Under the pieces are notes generated by a model that saw only the letters and a program-made list of their open reading frames with translations, ran no database searches and was not told where the DNA came from. DNA of 63,050 bases, filler included, from Octopus bimaculoides (taxonomy: Eukaryota): NCBI RefSeq assembly GCF_001194135.2. It is 6 parts of 6 records of this genome, joined end to end, with 100 filler letters (N's around TTAATTAATTAA, not from the genome) between each part and the next. Parts side by side here need not be neighbours in the genome. Positions count along the whole stretch, not along the records: positions 32,287 to 38,376 come from NC_068986.1; positions 38,477 to 60,930 come from NC_068988.1; 4 more parts are not named here. One strand, given 5' to 3'. Shown piece by piece: positions 35,946 through 48,734 of this stretch. The translations under genes were made by a program, and so were the position numbers. Numbering within the stretch: the stretch's first letter is position 1; every line of letters begins with the position of its first letter.

Positions 35946-37432
35946 CCTTGGGAATGTGCTGTAGTTTGTTGTGGTGCTCTTATTTTCACTGTATTGAAAG
36001 AATTTTACGTAGGATGAGTGCGGTGCCTAGTAGTGCTATTTTCTGTATGTTATATATACTTGTAAGTCCTGGTGTTTTTGTTATGTTATTGTCCGAATGT
36101 TTTTTTATCATACCTAATGCGCCTACTATAATAGGATTTTTTTCTGTTTTTAGTCTCCACATTCGAGTTACCTCTATTTTGAAAGTTTCTCCGTTTCTTT
36201 TAGAGAAGCGTTGTTATCTGCTGGCATTGATACACTGATTAGAAAGCAATTTTTTCCTTGGTGATCTCTGACAACTATATCCGGCTTATTAGCTTTGATT
36301 TCTCTATTTGTGTATTGGCATATCTCAGAGTATAGCTGCTTTCTTATTTTCTGTAACCTTTTCTAGGATGTAATTATACCATGTTTTTTCTGTTGGCATA
36401 GCTTCCAGTGTATATAGGTCCCAACTCACTTGTATCTGTGAATATATTCCTTCTTAGCCAGAACTGGACAGTCAGAAGCAATAAGATTTATTGTTTCTTC
36501 CCCATCACCACATATTCTGTAGTTACTTGTTTTGTTCTGTAGTTATGTGTTTTTGGTGATTTCTGGTGGAAAGGCTTTGATCTTGTGTTGCAATTAAAAA
36601 TCCTTCACTCTCTGCTTTGGGTCCTGAGCTTCTCAGCCATTGTTGGGATTTTGCTATGTCTATTTCTTTTCTGTTTAGCTTAACCCAGTATTTGCCATGT
36701 AGGGACTTTTCTTACCATCGTTTTATCATGATACATTGCTGTTCCAGTTTTAGTTTGGTTTCAATTGTTTTATAGCTTTTGTTGTTTCTTCTTTTTCTGC
36801 ATAGTTGTTAGGTACAATGACTTCTCTTTTCCACTTGTCAGCTTCCTTAAAGACAGAAAGCAGTTTTTTGTTTTGTTCGTGTTTTGTGGCTATTTGCAAC
36901 AGTTTTCTTTGCTTCTGAAGTAGGTATTTCTGTAATCCTATGGTGCTTATTTTGTAATAGTTTTCTAGCTGCATAAGGCCTCTACCACCATCGATACGTT
37001 GTGTATATAACCTCTTTATGTCAGATTTTAGGTGGTGCATCCTAAAACCTGTCATTATTTTTCTTGTTTTCCTGTCTATTTTGATTAGTTTATTTAGAGT
37101 CAAGTTAAGAATATTATAGCTGTAACTCATAACTGGGACAACTAGAGTGTTGATACCTATTTTCTTATTTTTCGCATTGAGCTCTGTTTTCAGTATTAAT
37201 CTAACAGGTCTATAGTATTCCTTTCTTATATTTTCTTTCATTTGTGTGTGTTGTATCGTATCTAGTTCATTGATCCCTAAGTATTTGTATGTCTGGCATT
37301 GGTCTAATTCTCTTATTCCATTTGCTTTATCTAGTGTGATGTTGATACTCTTAACTAGCTTTCCTCTTTTCAAGGTTGCTTTGGCACATTTTTCTAATCC
37401 GAATTTCATATCTATTTCTTTAGTAAATCATG
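35946..37432 (-). mobile_element. R4/Dong-clade LINE 3' portion (RT thumb, zinc knuckle, RLE), subfamily 1
   Basis: 219-aa ORF MKFGLEKCAK..YKYLG..GGRGLMQL, then ESEGFLIATQDQSL, CGDGEETINLIASDCPVLAKKEYIHR and PIIVGALG..IQKIALLGTAHILRKILS. Confidence 0.92.
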
Positions 37433-37494
37433 TACTGCCTGCAGTAATGTTTCCAGCTGTATATCATTTGCAGCATACAGTATTATAATTAGTA

Positions 37495-37685
37495 GGCGAA
37501 ATGTTTAGCGGTATTTCGACTGCCGTTACGTTCTAAGTTCAAATTTCGCCAAGGTCAACTTTGCCTTTCATTCTTTCGGGGTCGATAAATTAAGAACCAG
37601 TCAAGTACTGGGGTCGATGTAATCGACTGTCTCCTCTCTTCAAACGCCAGGCCTTGTGCCTATAGTAGAAAGGATTATTATTAGT
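37495..37685 (+). mobile_element. SINE family B
   Basis: gcggtatttcg..ggtcaactttgcctttca..gtgcctatagtagaaaggattatt. Confidence 0.85.
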
Positions 37686-37693
37686 ATTAGTAT

Positions 37694-38122
37694 TTGATGA
37701 AAACTCACAGCTTATTTTGCTGGGTATGATGAAAAGTGTCAGCTGTCCACAGCCAGCAGACTAAGGTGACACTTGTTTGCTGCTCATACTTCAACAACAC
37801 TACGAAGAATTCTTGCAGTTCCAGACAATGCTGATTTTTGTGGGCTTTCTACCTTCACACTTCTACCAATCTTTTTCAGCCATGTTGGTAGTTGAATGCT
37901 GATACTTCCATATGTGCCAATCACTATTGGTACCACGTCTACTCTCCTCATTGACCACAACCTTTGTATTTCCCATTTCAAATCGTCATAGTTGTTTATT
38001 ATCTTCTTTCTCTTTGATCTTGTTGTCACTGGGACATGCTATGTCGATTATCATGCATGTTCTTTCTTTGTTATTCACCACAGCAATGTTCGGTTTCCGA
38101 TGTCTTGTCAGGTGATCGTACA
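37694..38122 (-). mobile_element. R4/Dong-clade LINE short 3' fragment, subfamily 3
   Basis: YDDLKWEIQRLWSMRRVDVVPIVIGTYG..QKSALSGTARILRSVVEV*; TAA-type repeats on both sides. Confidence 0.85.
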
Positions 38123-38171
<49 letters not shown>

Positions 38172-38173
<2 letters not shown>

Positions 38174-38376
38174 TTATGTTTGACTTTTGTTTTGCATTTG
38201 TACAAGTTGGATCCAAGTCTCACCCAGAGACCTCAAGAGACAACAAGTTAGAAGTTCATGTAGGTGTTATGCCTAGGGTACCATATATTTGGATTTGTAC
38301 AGTTTTGTTCAAGTGAATGTTTAAGAAACCATAAGAAAATTATGTTTGCTTTAAAATTTGAGATCACATAGACAGT
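38172..38376 (-). mobile_element. Probable R4/Dong 3' UTR with (TAA)n tail
   Basis: Minus strand begins ..ctg tct atg TGA (resembling the ILS* ends of the other copies), then ~200 nt of UTR and (TAA)n; cut by a gap. Confidence 0.55.
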
Positions 38377-38879
38377 NNNNNNNNNNNNNNNNNNNNNNNN
38401 NNNNNNNNNNNNNNNNNNNNTTAATTAATTAANNNNNNNNNNNNNNNNNNNNNNNNNNNNNNNNNNNNNNNNNNNNTAGGTACGGGTGCGTGTGTGTTTA
38501 TGTGTGTCTGTATGTGTGTGTCCGTGTGCGTGTGTGTGCGCGTGTGTGTATATTTTTTGTGCGTGCGTGTCTGTGTATATTGTGGATATTTTCGTGCCTG
38601 CGTGTGTGTTGTGTATGTGAGTGAGTATTGTGTATGTGAGAGGTGTGTGTGCATGTGTGTGTATGTGTATGTGTGTACGTGCATGTATGTGTGTGTTTGT
38701 GTACGTGAGAGGTGTGTGTGCGTGTGTGTATGTGTATGTGTGTGTTTATGTGTGTGTGCGTGCGTATGTGTGTGAGAGCGTAAGGATATATATATATATA
38801 TATATATTGTGGGTGTGTGCTTATATATGGTGGGAAGAAAATAGAAAAAATAAAAATAAAAAAGGGAGAATATATATAT

Positions 38880-39150
38880 GTATGTATCGAAACGCCGGTG
38901 TTAGAATGGGGGTAGCTGATGAAGGAAAATGTTCTCTACTTGGCCTGTGTGTTTTCTGTCCTCTGGTTATTATTATTTTCTTGTCTACGTTTTCTTTGCA
39001 ATGTCCTGTACCCAGATATGCACCTATATATACAGGTAGACGTAGGTATGCACATACCTGTACGTATATATGCATATACTCATTTATTATTTGTTTTATA
39101 TATATATGTGTATATATACAGACATTTACACACACACGCAACATATGATT
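38880..39150 (+). repeat. Unclassified dispersed repeat, copy 1 (copy 2 at 50295-50500)
   Basis: tagaatgg..gctgatgaaggaaa.tgttctcta..tggcctgtgtgttttc..gtcctgtaccc..atatgca.ctatatatac shared between the two copies. Confidence 0.75.
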
Positions 39151-39606
39151 AAAATGCTTTTATGTATGTGTATGTAGGTGCATGTATGTCAATACAATGA
39201 GCTAAATGTGTAGGAAAGTGCATGTATGTATGTATGTGGGGATGTAAATGTGCCCGCGCTCATGCACGTTTATGTGATTTTGTAGTTTAGCTCCTTTTTT
39301 CACTACCCAATTGTTGAACAAGCTGAGGTGAAAGTTTCTGTTCGAGTACAATACGACGCCAGGCTCTTTAAACTTTTCCCATTCATTTAAGGTCTTGTAT
39401 GTTATAAACACTAAGCATGAATATAAGCACTAAGCACAAATAAGTACAAATTACAGTTAAATAATTTGTTCTGTTTCCAGCCAATTTACGATATATGTGT
39501 GTGCGTGTGTGTGTGTATATGTATACATATATGTGTATGTGTGTGAGTATGTGTGTGTGTCGTATCTTTATATACATGTATATATACACACACAAATATA
39601 AATATA

Positions 39607-39661
<55 letters not shown>

Positions 39662-40380
39662 TAGATAGATAGATAGATAGATATGTATGTATATGTATAT
39701 ATATATGTATACACACACACGTATAATTGAAAACATTCTTAATCGTTCTGAGAAACTAACTGAATTATTGCGTAACATTTTTATTCTATTTAACTATATC
39801 ATAATATACTTTGTTCTAATATCAGCTTTCTTGCATTGCATTACAGCAAAGACTGTTTCTCTGATAATTTCAAGTATAATGTTTGTTATGAATAATGTGA
39901 TATCGTTTCGCCTCTATAGTTTTCTTCCCACCTGTTATTCATCCAATTAAAACATGTTAAGAATTAAACAGATAATGTACATATTTATTTTTGGTATATG
40001 CTAATAACTGTACTCAGTCCTCGAACGTAGAATCTATTTTAAATGAAGCTATGTGATATATTATTTGGGAATTCAACTTTAGTCAGTATATCACATTAGG
40101 CAAGATAAGTTGGTCCATTGCAAGTGTTTGAGCACAATACTATCTTTATGTCCTGAATGCAAGTCCCTAAAGCATTGCTATTCCTGATTTCCTTCAATGG
40201 GCGATTTAATAGCCTGCATCCATCCCAAAATGCATCGTCTTGTATCAGTATAAAAAATCCTTATTTTACCCTCCATCTATCTCTTTTTCAGTCTCTCATT
40301 CCCATGCACACACAAATACATATATGCATATATGTATGAATATATATGTGTATTTATGTATATTTTGATATATGTATATA

Positions 40381-40435
<55 letters not shown>

Positions 40436-41148
40436 NNNNNNNNNNNNNNNNNNNNNNNNNNNNNNNNNNNNNNNNNNNNNNNNNNNNNNNNNNNNNNNNN
40501 NNNNNNNNNNNNNNNNNNNNNNNNNNNNNNNNNNNNNNNNNNNNNNNNNNNNNNNNNNNNNNNNNNNNNNNNNNNNNNNNNNNNNNNNNNNNNNNNNNNN
40601 NNNNNNNNNNNNNNNNNNNNNNNNNNNNNNNNNNNNNNNNNNNNNNNNNNNNNNNNNNNNNNNNNNNNNNNNNNNNNNNNNNNNNNNNNNNNNNNNNNNN
40701 NNNNNNNNNNNNNNNNNNNNNNNNNNNNNNNNNNNNNNNNNNNNNNNNNNNNNNNNNNNNNNNNNNNNNNNNNNNNNNNNNNNNNNNNNNNNNNNNNNNN
40801 NNNNNNNNNNNNNNNNNNNNNNNNNNNNNNNNNNNNNNNNNNNNNNNNNNNNNNNNNNNNNNNNNNNNNNNNNNNNNNNNNNNNNNNNNNNNNNNNNNNN
40901 NNNNNNNNNNNNNNNNNNNNNNNNNNNNNNNNNNNNNNNNNNNNNNNNNNNNNNNNNNNNNNNNNNNNNNNNNNNNNNNNNNNNNNNNNNNNNNNNNNNN
41001 NNNNNNNNNNNNNNNNNNNNNNNNNNNNNNNNNNNNNNNNNNNNNNNNNNNNNNNNNNNNNNNNNNNNNNNNNNNNNNNNNNNNNNNNNNNNNNNNNNNN
41101 NNNNNNNNNNNNNNNNNNNNNNNNNNNNNNNNNNNNNNNNNNNNNNNN

Positions 41149-41193
<45 letters not shown>

Positions 41194-41280
41194 CACACTC
41201 ACGTACATGCATACATATATACATGCATACATAGAAAACACAGAAGTTGATGGTTAGCTAGTAAATTATTTAATTACGTC

Positions 41281-41356
41281 ATCTTACGCGTGTTTCAGTG
41301 AACATTATGGTCGGATTCAGCAATATAGGATGCACAGTCCTCACTTCATCGGAGAT
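41281..41356 (-). ncRNA. Type-I hammerhead-like motif with long stem II loop
   Basis: ATCT-CCGATGA-AGTGAG..TTCACT-GAAA-C(ACGC)GTA-AGAT; 4-bp stem I, 6-bp stem II, palindrome ACGCGT, U4>C. Confidence 0.65.
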
Positions 41357-41626
41357 CATTACTCAATCAGTACATAATTAATTCAAATCCGTGATGAAGT
41401 AAAGAATTAGAAAACTTACTTGCCCAGATTATATGCTTAGGTTGTAACATTTACAAGAGTACATGAAAGATCACGCATGTAAATAATTTAGAAAACAAAC
41501 TCAGCAACTTTGATTTTCTTCTATATATATTCCATGATTTTATAATTATGGAGTCTAGTGAAAGTATATATGTATAACTGTGAGTTATGTATACAATATA
41601 CACACACACATACATATATATATTCC

Positions 41627-41683
<57 letters not shown>

Positions 41684-42672
41684 NNNNNNNNNNNNNNNNN
41701 NNNNNNNNNNNNNNNNNNNNNNNNNNNNNNNNNNNNNNNNNNNNNNNNNNNNNNNNNNNNNNNNNNNNNNNNNNNNNNNNNNNNNNNNNNNNNNNNNNNN
41801 NNNNNNNNNNNNNNNNNNNNNNNNNNNNNNNNNNNNNNNNNNNNNNNNNNNNNNNNNNNNNNNNNNNNNNNNNNNNNNNNNNNNNNNNNNNNNNNNNNNN
41901 NNNNNNNNNNNNNNNNNNNNNNNNNNNNNNNNNNNNNNNNNNNNNNNNNNNNNNNNNNNNNNNNNNNNNNNNNNNNNNNNNNNNNNNNNNNNNNNNNNNN
42001 NNNNNNNNNNNNNNNNNNNNNNNNNNNNNNNNNNNNNNNNNNNNNNNNNNNNNNNNNNNNNNNNNNNNNNNNNNNNNNNNNNNNNNNNNNNNNNNNNNNN
42101 NNNNNNNNNNNNNNNNNNNNNNNNNNNNNNNNNNNNNNNNNNNNNNNNNNNNNNNNNNNNNNNNNNNNNNNNNNNNNNNNNNNNNNNNNNNNNNNNNNNN
42201 NNNNNNNNNNNNNNNNNNNNNNNNNNNNNNNNNNNNNNNNNNNNNNNNNNNNNNNNNNNNNNNNNNNNNNNNNNNNNNNNNNNNNNNNNNNNNNNNNNNN
42301 NNNNNNNNNNNNNNNNNNNNNNNNNNNNNNNNNNNNNNNNNNNNNNNNNNNNNNNNNNNNNNNNNNNNNNNNNNNNNNNNNNNNNNNNNNNNNNNNNNNN
42401 NNNNNNNNNNNNNNNNNNNNNNNNNNNNNNNNNNNNNNNNNNNNNNNNNNNNNNNNNNNNNNNNNNNNNNNNNNNNNNNNNNNNNNNNNNNNNNNNNNNN
42501 NNNNNNNNNNNNNNNNNNNNNNNNNNNNNNNNNNNNNNNNNNNNNNNNNNNNNNNNNNNNNNNNNNNNNNNNNNNNNNNNNNNNNNNNNNNNNNNNNNNN
42601 NNNNNNNNNNNNNNNNNNNNNNNNNNNNNNNNNNNNNNNNNNNNNNNNNNNNNNNNNNNNNNNNNNNNNNNN

Positions 42673-42706
<34 letters not shown>

Positions 42707-43617
42707 TGCACATATGTATGACTTCACTGGGGAGAGAGAGAATGATGTCAGAACTTGAGTCATTTTCGTACCTAAAACACTTTATTTACATATAAAATAT
42801 ACTGTTGTGATATAGATGTTTGAGTTTATTAAAGTAAAAGTATGAAGTACTTACATATAGTTCTATTTACGAAGATGCTTGAGTTTATTAGTAAATATAT
42901 GCGTATGAAATGATTGCATATAACTAGATTGATCTACGTATGTTGTACCTATATCTGTATATGCGTATATAAATAATATTTGAAAAGGCGGTATAGACAT
43001 AAGTGCTATAGACATATATATATGTGTGTGTGTGTGAATAAAAATAAAGATAAAAAATATAAAAAAGGGTTTTGTATGATCGTGTATAGAGGAATATATT
43101 ATTTAAAAGAGTTCCAACTCGGTCTGTTTTTTATGTTTTATTTATATTCTTATAAAATTAATGTGGGATATAGAATATGGAATATATAATATAAATAATA
43201 AAATGAAAAGAAGTATTGAATGTCTTATTGAATATATGAAATATTGAGTATTAAACATAGAGTATTAGATATACAAGGACTAGTATACTTTCCTGCCTCA
43301 TGGCATTCATCAAGATCCCGTCTGACAGAAACAAGGAGAGAAACAAGGGGAGAGAAAAAATGTGTAGTGGCTAGCGATATTGCATTTCGAAGATATACCT
43401 ATCTGGCAAGTCATTGGGTCTGTGACCTGTGTTGAATCTAAAACATCACAGGGTGAACGATACATATTAGCCACTCAAAAGCACACAAAAAACTATTAGC
43501 TTCACTTCCACTTTAATTGGTATCAAGATTTCCGTGGCACTAACTACGTTCTGGACACTGACACAATTCCACACCATGTGCAGAGTTGTATTTGAATGAC
43601 TAATATATGTTAAGTAC

Positions 43618-43775
43618 AGGCGCGACTGAGTGGTAAGGAACTTGCTCCCCAATTACATGGTTCCGGGTTCAATCCCACTGTGTAATACCTTGGATAACTG
43701 TCCTCTGCTATGGCCTCAGGCCGATCAAAGCCTTGTGAGTGGATTTAGTAGACGAAAACTGTAAGAAACCTATCG

Positions 43776-43778
<3 letters not shown>
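43618..43778 (+). mobile_element. SINE family A head followed by (AC)n
   Basis: aggcgcgactgagtggtaagg..ggttcaatcccactg..aagccttgtgagtggatt. Confidence 0.8.
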
Positions 43779-43831
<53 letters not shown>

Positions 43832-43869
43832 TACATACATACATATATATATATCGCTGGTTCTAGGGG

Positions 43870-44440
43870 AAGGGGTTGTGCGTATTACCTTTGCAAGGCA
43901 TCCGTGTATCCGAGGCCTTTAAGCTTGATGTCGATTACGTTCCATTTAAACTGATGCAAGTTAACACGTGTAAGAAAAAGCTGACAAACGAGAAAATTTA
44001 TTTGTGGAAACTCTCTACTCATGTCTTTCCTGCCGAAAAGATGATTGGGTATAGGGGATAGTGTAGTGCTAGGGGAGAAGTAGACGCAACAGTGGCTACA
44101 AGAGATAGAAAAACGAGAGGGTCGGGGATGTCTTAGAAGAGGAAGTCTGAGACCAAATTGCTCCCTGGAATAGAGGTCATTACAGTAACAGTAGAGAGAG
44201 GAGAGAACACGCCTGTCACCCAGAAACTGGAATGTGCCCATCACTCATTGACTACGAATCAGTCAAGCTGCTCTTTCCTAAATGGGATCCAGGATGTCTG
44301 TGTGTAGCAGCCACGTCGTTCTACTTCTGGGAACAGTACTCTATTGTAGGATTCACTTGATTCTTGTAGAATGTCAGCAGCTATTAGATACTAAAATATT
44401 TTCTGCTCCTGAAGAGAAGGGCCAATCTTTGGGATTAAGC
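43870..44440 (-). mobile_element. Decayed CR1-like LINE RT C-terminus
   Basis: HTDILDPI*ERAA*LIRSQ..DRRVLSSLYCYCNDLYSREQFGLRLPLLRHPRPSRFS..NLHQFKWNV. Confidence 0.6.
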
Positions 44441-45624
44441 ATTGGATTTGATGTAATCTTCTAGCACCCTCCCCACAAATTTCGGGTTCTGTGCTTGTAG
44501 TAGAAAAGAAAAAGAGAGATACACAGTTGTTATGGTCTTCTCGGAGGATGCTGTCGAGGTCTCTGTTAATGGAATTGGTACAAATTTTACCCTAAAATAA
44601 GTACCACACAAGTATTGTGTTTTATTTAGTAATAACATGCGCCTATCATTTCCGATAATGCGAAAGACGAGATAATGCTGATCCTTGCCAAAACTGATTT
44701 AAGCTACTTTGGGTGGTCCTTGCACTTATCAAGGGGGTTTCTCACGCTTGCGTTTCTTTGATAAAAGTGAAGGCAAAGCTATTACGCTTGAGAGAAAAAC
44801 CGAATGTAGGGGTTGCGAAGAGAGTCGGCAACACTAGACTCAAAAGCTTTAAGGGGTAGGAGGTAAGGTGGGGCTTCGCTCATTTGTATGTTTGATGAAT
44901 GTCGAGTGTCGCTTTGTTGAGTTAACCCGCTCTTGTAGATTGATTTTTTTCCCTCCTGTTAGAGTGTCCATCAGCTTTTTACGTACAAGATGAAGCCTTC
45001 AAGTAATGTTGCAGTCTCAGCCACTGAGGGTTCGATCAGGATACAAATAGTGCAAGTACACATATTTACTAGTAAAACGCCATATATATATTTTTATTTA
45101 ATCTCATAAGTGTGTCCTATATAAATTAACTATATCCCTACAGTTCAAATTTCTGAGCTTTTACTTTGCTAGAAATAAATATATCTTATTACATAAAATT
45201 AATCATGGTTTTAATTGTGATGGCTAAGAACTAAAGAACTACACAGACCTTGGGACAGATATTTAGCTATTGTAGTTCAACAATATTTAGCTTCATCGTC
45301 AGAATTATTATTTCAAATCACACCTGGAACTACTTCCATTCTCATTCTTTATTCTGTCAGCAGAGAATACACAGGAAATTCGTTTTAGGAAGCTGTCGCA
45401 AATTGGCCTGGTACTAAAACCAGTGGAAAAAGGAATTATTTACCGACAACATTTTGTATATTTGACAAATATTGGCATATATATATGTGTGTATGTATGT
45501 ATGTATGTATATATACATACATACATATATACATAAATGTATATATATTTATTTATTTATTTATTTATACACTCACACACACTGACATATTTAATCAAAA
45601 AATACGTTCATACATACATATAAT

Positions 45625-45770
45625 GGTTATAAAGCATTCAGGAAGTGTATGTGTCCCATTTAGCACCCTGCTGTTAGTATCAGATGACTGTGGGAGATGC
45701 GGAGAGGAGTGAAGAGGAAACTCTTCACTCATGCATTAAATACAATTTATCCATACTTAATGCAAGTTAC
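45625..45770 (+). repeat. Unclassified dispersed repeat with a GAAA-capped hairpin (copy 2 at 54353-54495)
   Basis: ttataaagca.tcaggaa..cccatttagc.ccctgc..tatcagatgactg..gaggaaactcttcactc.tgcatt shared. Confidence 0.7.
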
Positions 45771-46210
45771 TTACAACATTGTATAAAAAGTACAGTCAAG
45801 TGACAAACCATATTTAGCTGAAAAGAGAGTGAGAAGAAAATCGTAGCGCAGTTGACTTTTTCGTCGTACTGTACCTCTTCACACCGGCATTTATCTAATA
45901 ATAAATCAGTTAGTGGGTAGCTGTATTGAGTGACGTACTAGCAACAAAAAAATCGATTGAAATTTGCTTTTAGTTAAAGAAAGAAAACAGGAACCTAACA
46001 TATAATGGATAGCGACTCTCAAAGAAAAATTGAGAAAATTTACAGAATTTAAGAATTAATTTAACAAAACTATCTATATGCTTAGGAAATAATCTGATTT
46101 TTACTAGAAAGCAAAGTGACAGTCACGGACATGTTTCTGTCTTACTTAAACTTATCAGTGAAGTAAAATGAAATTCCAGTCTACTTGATCAGCTGACAAA
46201 GATTTTTAAA

Positions 46211-46905
46211 TCTTTTATCTTTTTCTTGTTTCAATCATTGGATTGCGGCCATGCTGAGGCACCGCCCTGAAGGTTTTAGTCGAATAAATCAGCCCGAGTA
46301 CTTATCTTTGTTAAATGTGGTATTTTTTAGATGTAAACCTCTTTCGCCAAACAGCTAGATCTCAAGGTGGAAACAAACCAACACCGGTTGTTAAAAGGTA
46401 GGTTAACAAACGCAAACTCACGCGCGCGCGCAAACATATATTTAAATATATATTCTGTTATACATCCACATGTTTCATTCGTTAGACTGCGTCCATGCTG
46501 GAGACCGCCTTACATATATACCAGTACTACGCAACATTTTTTTCACTCGCGGTACACTTATATTCTTTTCAAACTATATATTCTTATATTCTTTTCAAAA
46601 TATAACTAAAAGTATAGGGGAAAATATATATTCAAGTTACACTGCGACACACCTAGCATCGTCTCGGGGCACACTAGTGTGCCACGGCACACCGGTTGTG
46701 GAGCAGTGATATATACGACAGGCTTCTTTTAGTTTCCGTCTTCCGTCTTCTTTCAGTTTGCGTCTATCAAATCCACTCACAAGGCTTTGGTCGGCTCGAG
46801 GCTATAGTAGAAGGCACTTGCCCAAGTGTCTTCTATTTGGGTAAGTAGGACTGAAACCGGAACTATGTGGTTGGGAAGAAAGCTTCTTACCACACAGCCA
46901 CGCCC
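46211..46905 (-). mobile_element. SINE family A split by a hAT MITE
   Basis: Tail at 46211-46400, head at 46717-46905. Confidence 0.75.
46522..46708. mobile_element. hAT-type MITE with 8-bp TSD
   Basis: Imperfect TIRs cagtactacgcaac / gttgtggagcagtg; ATATATAC duplicated at 46514-46521 and 46709-46716. Confidence 0.8.
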
Positions 46906-46995
46906 GGTAGGGGGACAAACACACACATGTAGACAGAGATGAATACATACATAATATATATGTTATAGAAAGATCGATACATATACATGTATATA

Positions 46996-47179
46996 CCGTA
47001 TTTTAACGTGTATAAGGAATCCTCGTTTCTAACGAACCCCCAAATTTGGGGGGCGGGGGCTTAAAATTTAGAAAAAAGGTTTCGTAAAAGATTATAATAC
47101 CATCCATGTAAAAGAAACTGCCACATTTTTTAAACCTAATTTTTGACAGAAAAGGGTTCCTTATACACGTTAAATACGG
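46996..47179. mobile_element. Tc1/pogo-type MITE, 184 bp, TA TSD
   Basis: TA|ccgtattttaacgtgtataaggaa .. ttccttatacacgttaaatacgg|TA. Confidence 0.9.
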
Positions 47180-47184
47180 TATAT

Positions 47185-47255
<71 letters not shown>

Positions 47256-47292
47256 CACACACACATATGTGCGTGCACACATACATAATGGG

Positions 47293-47432
47293 CTCCTTTC
47301 AGTTTCCGTCCACCAAATTCATTTACAAGGCTATAGTAGAAGACACTTTCCCAATGTTGCACGCAGTGGGACTGCAGCCGGAACTCCGTGGCTGGGGAAA
47401 CAAAAACTTGTTAAGAGCCCAGTCGCGCCTTT
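47293..47432 (-). mobile_element. SINE family A head fragment
   Basis: ttcagtttccgtccaccaaat..aaggctatagtagaagacact..gcagtgggactg. Confidence 0.75.
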
Positions 47433-47679
47433 GCCTAGGTATGTAGTAAATTTATTAATTAGTTATAAAATATGTAAACAACTCGAGATACCCAATACTG
47501 TGAATTGAGAGAAATTAAGTAGGGGTGGTGTACTAAATGACGTAACCAAAGAAAAAAGATAGAATTTTGCTTATAAGTTGGAGAAAGAAAGAAGTTACAT
47601 TGAGGTGATTTTAAGCGACTCTCAAAGAAAATGGGAGATAATTTCAAGAAACTGGTTTTAAATTTTGGTATTAAAGCCA

Positions 47680-47848
47680 GTAAGTTTGGGGAAGAGGACA
47701 AGTTGATTACATCGATCCCAGTGTTCAACTGATACTTATTTCATCGACCTCCAAAAGATGAAAAGCAAAATCAACCTCGGTAGAATTTGAATTCAGAACA
47801 TATAGATAGATGAAATACCGCTAAGCATTTTTCTGCCAGCTCACCGCG
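47680..47848 (-). mobile_element. SINE family B
   Basis: gattacatcgatcccagtg..atgaaaagcaaaatcaacctcgg..aaataccgctaagcatt. Confidence 0.75.
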
Positions 47849-48734
47849 TTATAATTTCAAGAAATTTAGAATTAATTTCTACTAAATGCTAATTTACTAG
47901 TGAAGCGAACTATGACGAAATTTGAATTCAGAAATTAAACTCAGAATGTAATCAAATATCTTGAGATATTTTATCTACCGCTTTAACGAGTTTGTCATCT
48001 AATAATACTCCACAATCTTGGAGGCGGTTGGGAAACGACTCAGCAGATTAAAATAACCAACTAATACATCGTGACAGGCAAATTAACTGCAATTTTTGTC
48101 TGGAGATAATACTTGTTACGGACATACTGTATTTAAAAACACAAATATCTCAGTAGAAAGTAAAAATAGTCCAGCAGCGGCGGCGCATTACTATTTCTTT
48201 GGTTTGTTACATCAGTAACAGCGGATTCTGTCATAGCACGTGGCTAGCAGTGGATGCATGTTACTGACAAATCCCAATATGCAGAAATGTGCAACTAACA
48301 TTCTCACCATCTCTGCTGGATGATTTTTATCTAATACTGATTATATTTATGTTTTTACACACATCAAGTCCGTAAGAGGTTATTTCCGAACGAATAACGC
48401 AGTTAATTTGCCTTTTCGCGATCTATTTGCATTAAGTATGATACACAGGTGGCAATTTTGATATAATAATGTTTCTGATGCATATAACAAATGCTCATTC
48501 AACTTCTTTCTCTCTCTCTCTCTCTCTTTCTCTCTCATTCTCACTCTCACTTATTGGCTCTCTCACACTCATTTTCTCTCTCTTTTTCACTCATTTACTC
48601 TCTATTCTTTCTCTTTCTCATATTCTTTTTTTATCATTGTGAGATAAATTTATTATTACCTTAATTTTTCAATCACTGTTTTCCTATATCAGTACCTACG
48701 GATTTTGGTCCTGCATGATGATACCAGTGAGCCA

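Noticed and set aside
38885-38935. GAAAC..CTGATGAAGG in the 38.9/50.3-kb repeat
   Set aside because: Motifs are in the wrong order with no closing stems or NUH site.
46124-46162. Hammerhead-like CTGATAA..GAAACATGTC on the minus strand
   Set aside because: G8 is mutated and stem I does not pair; kept only as a possible decayed relative of 56422.
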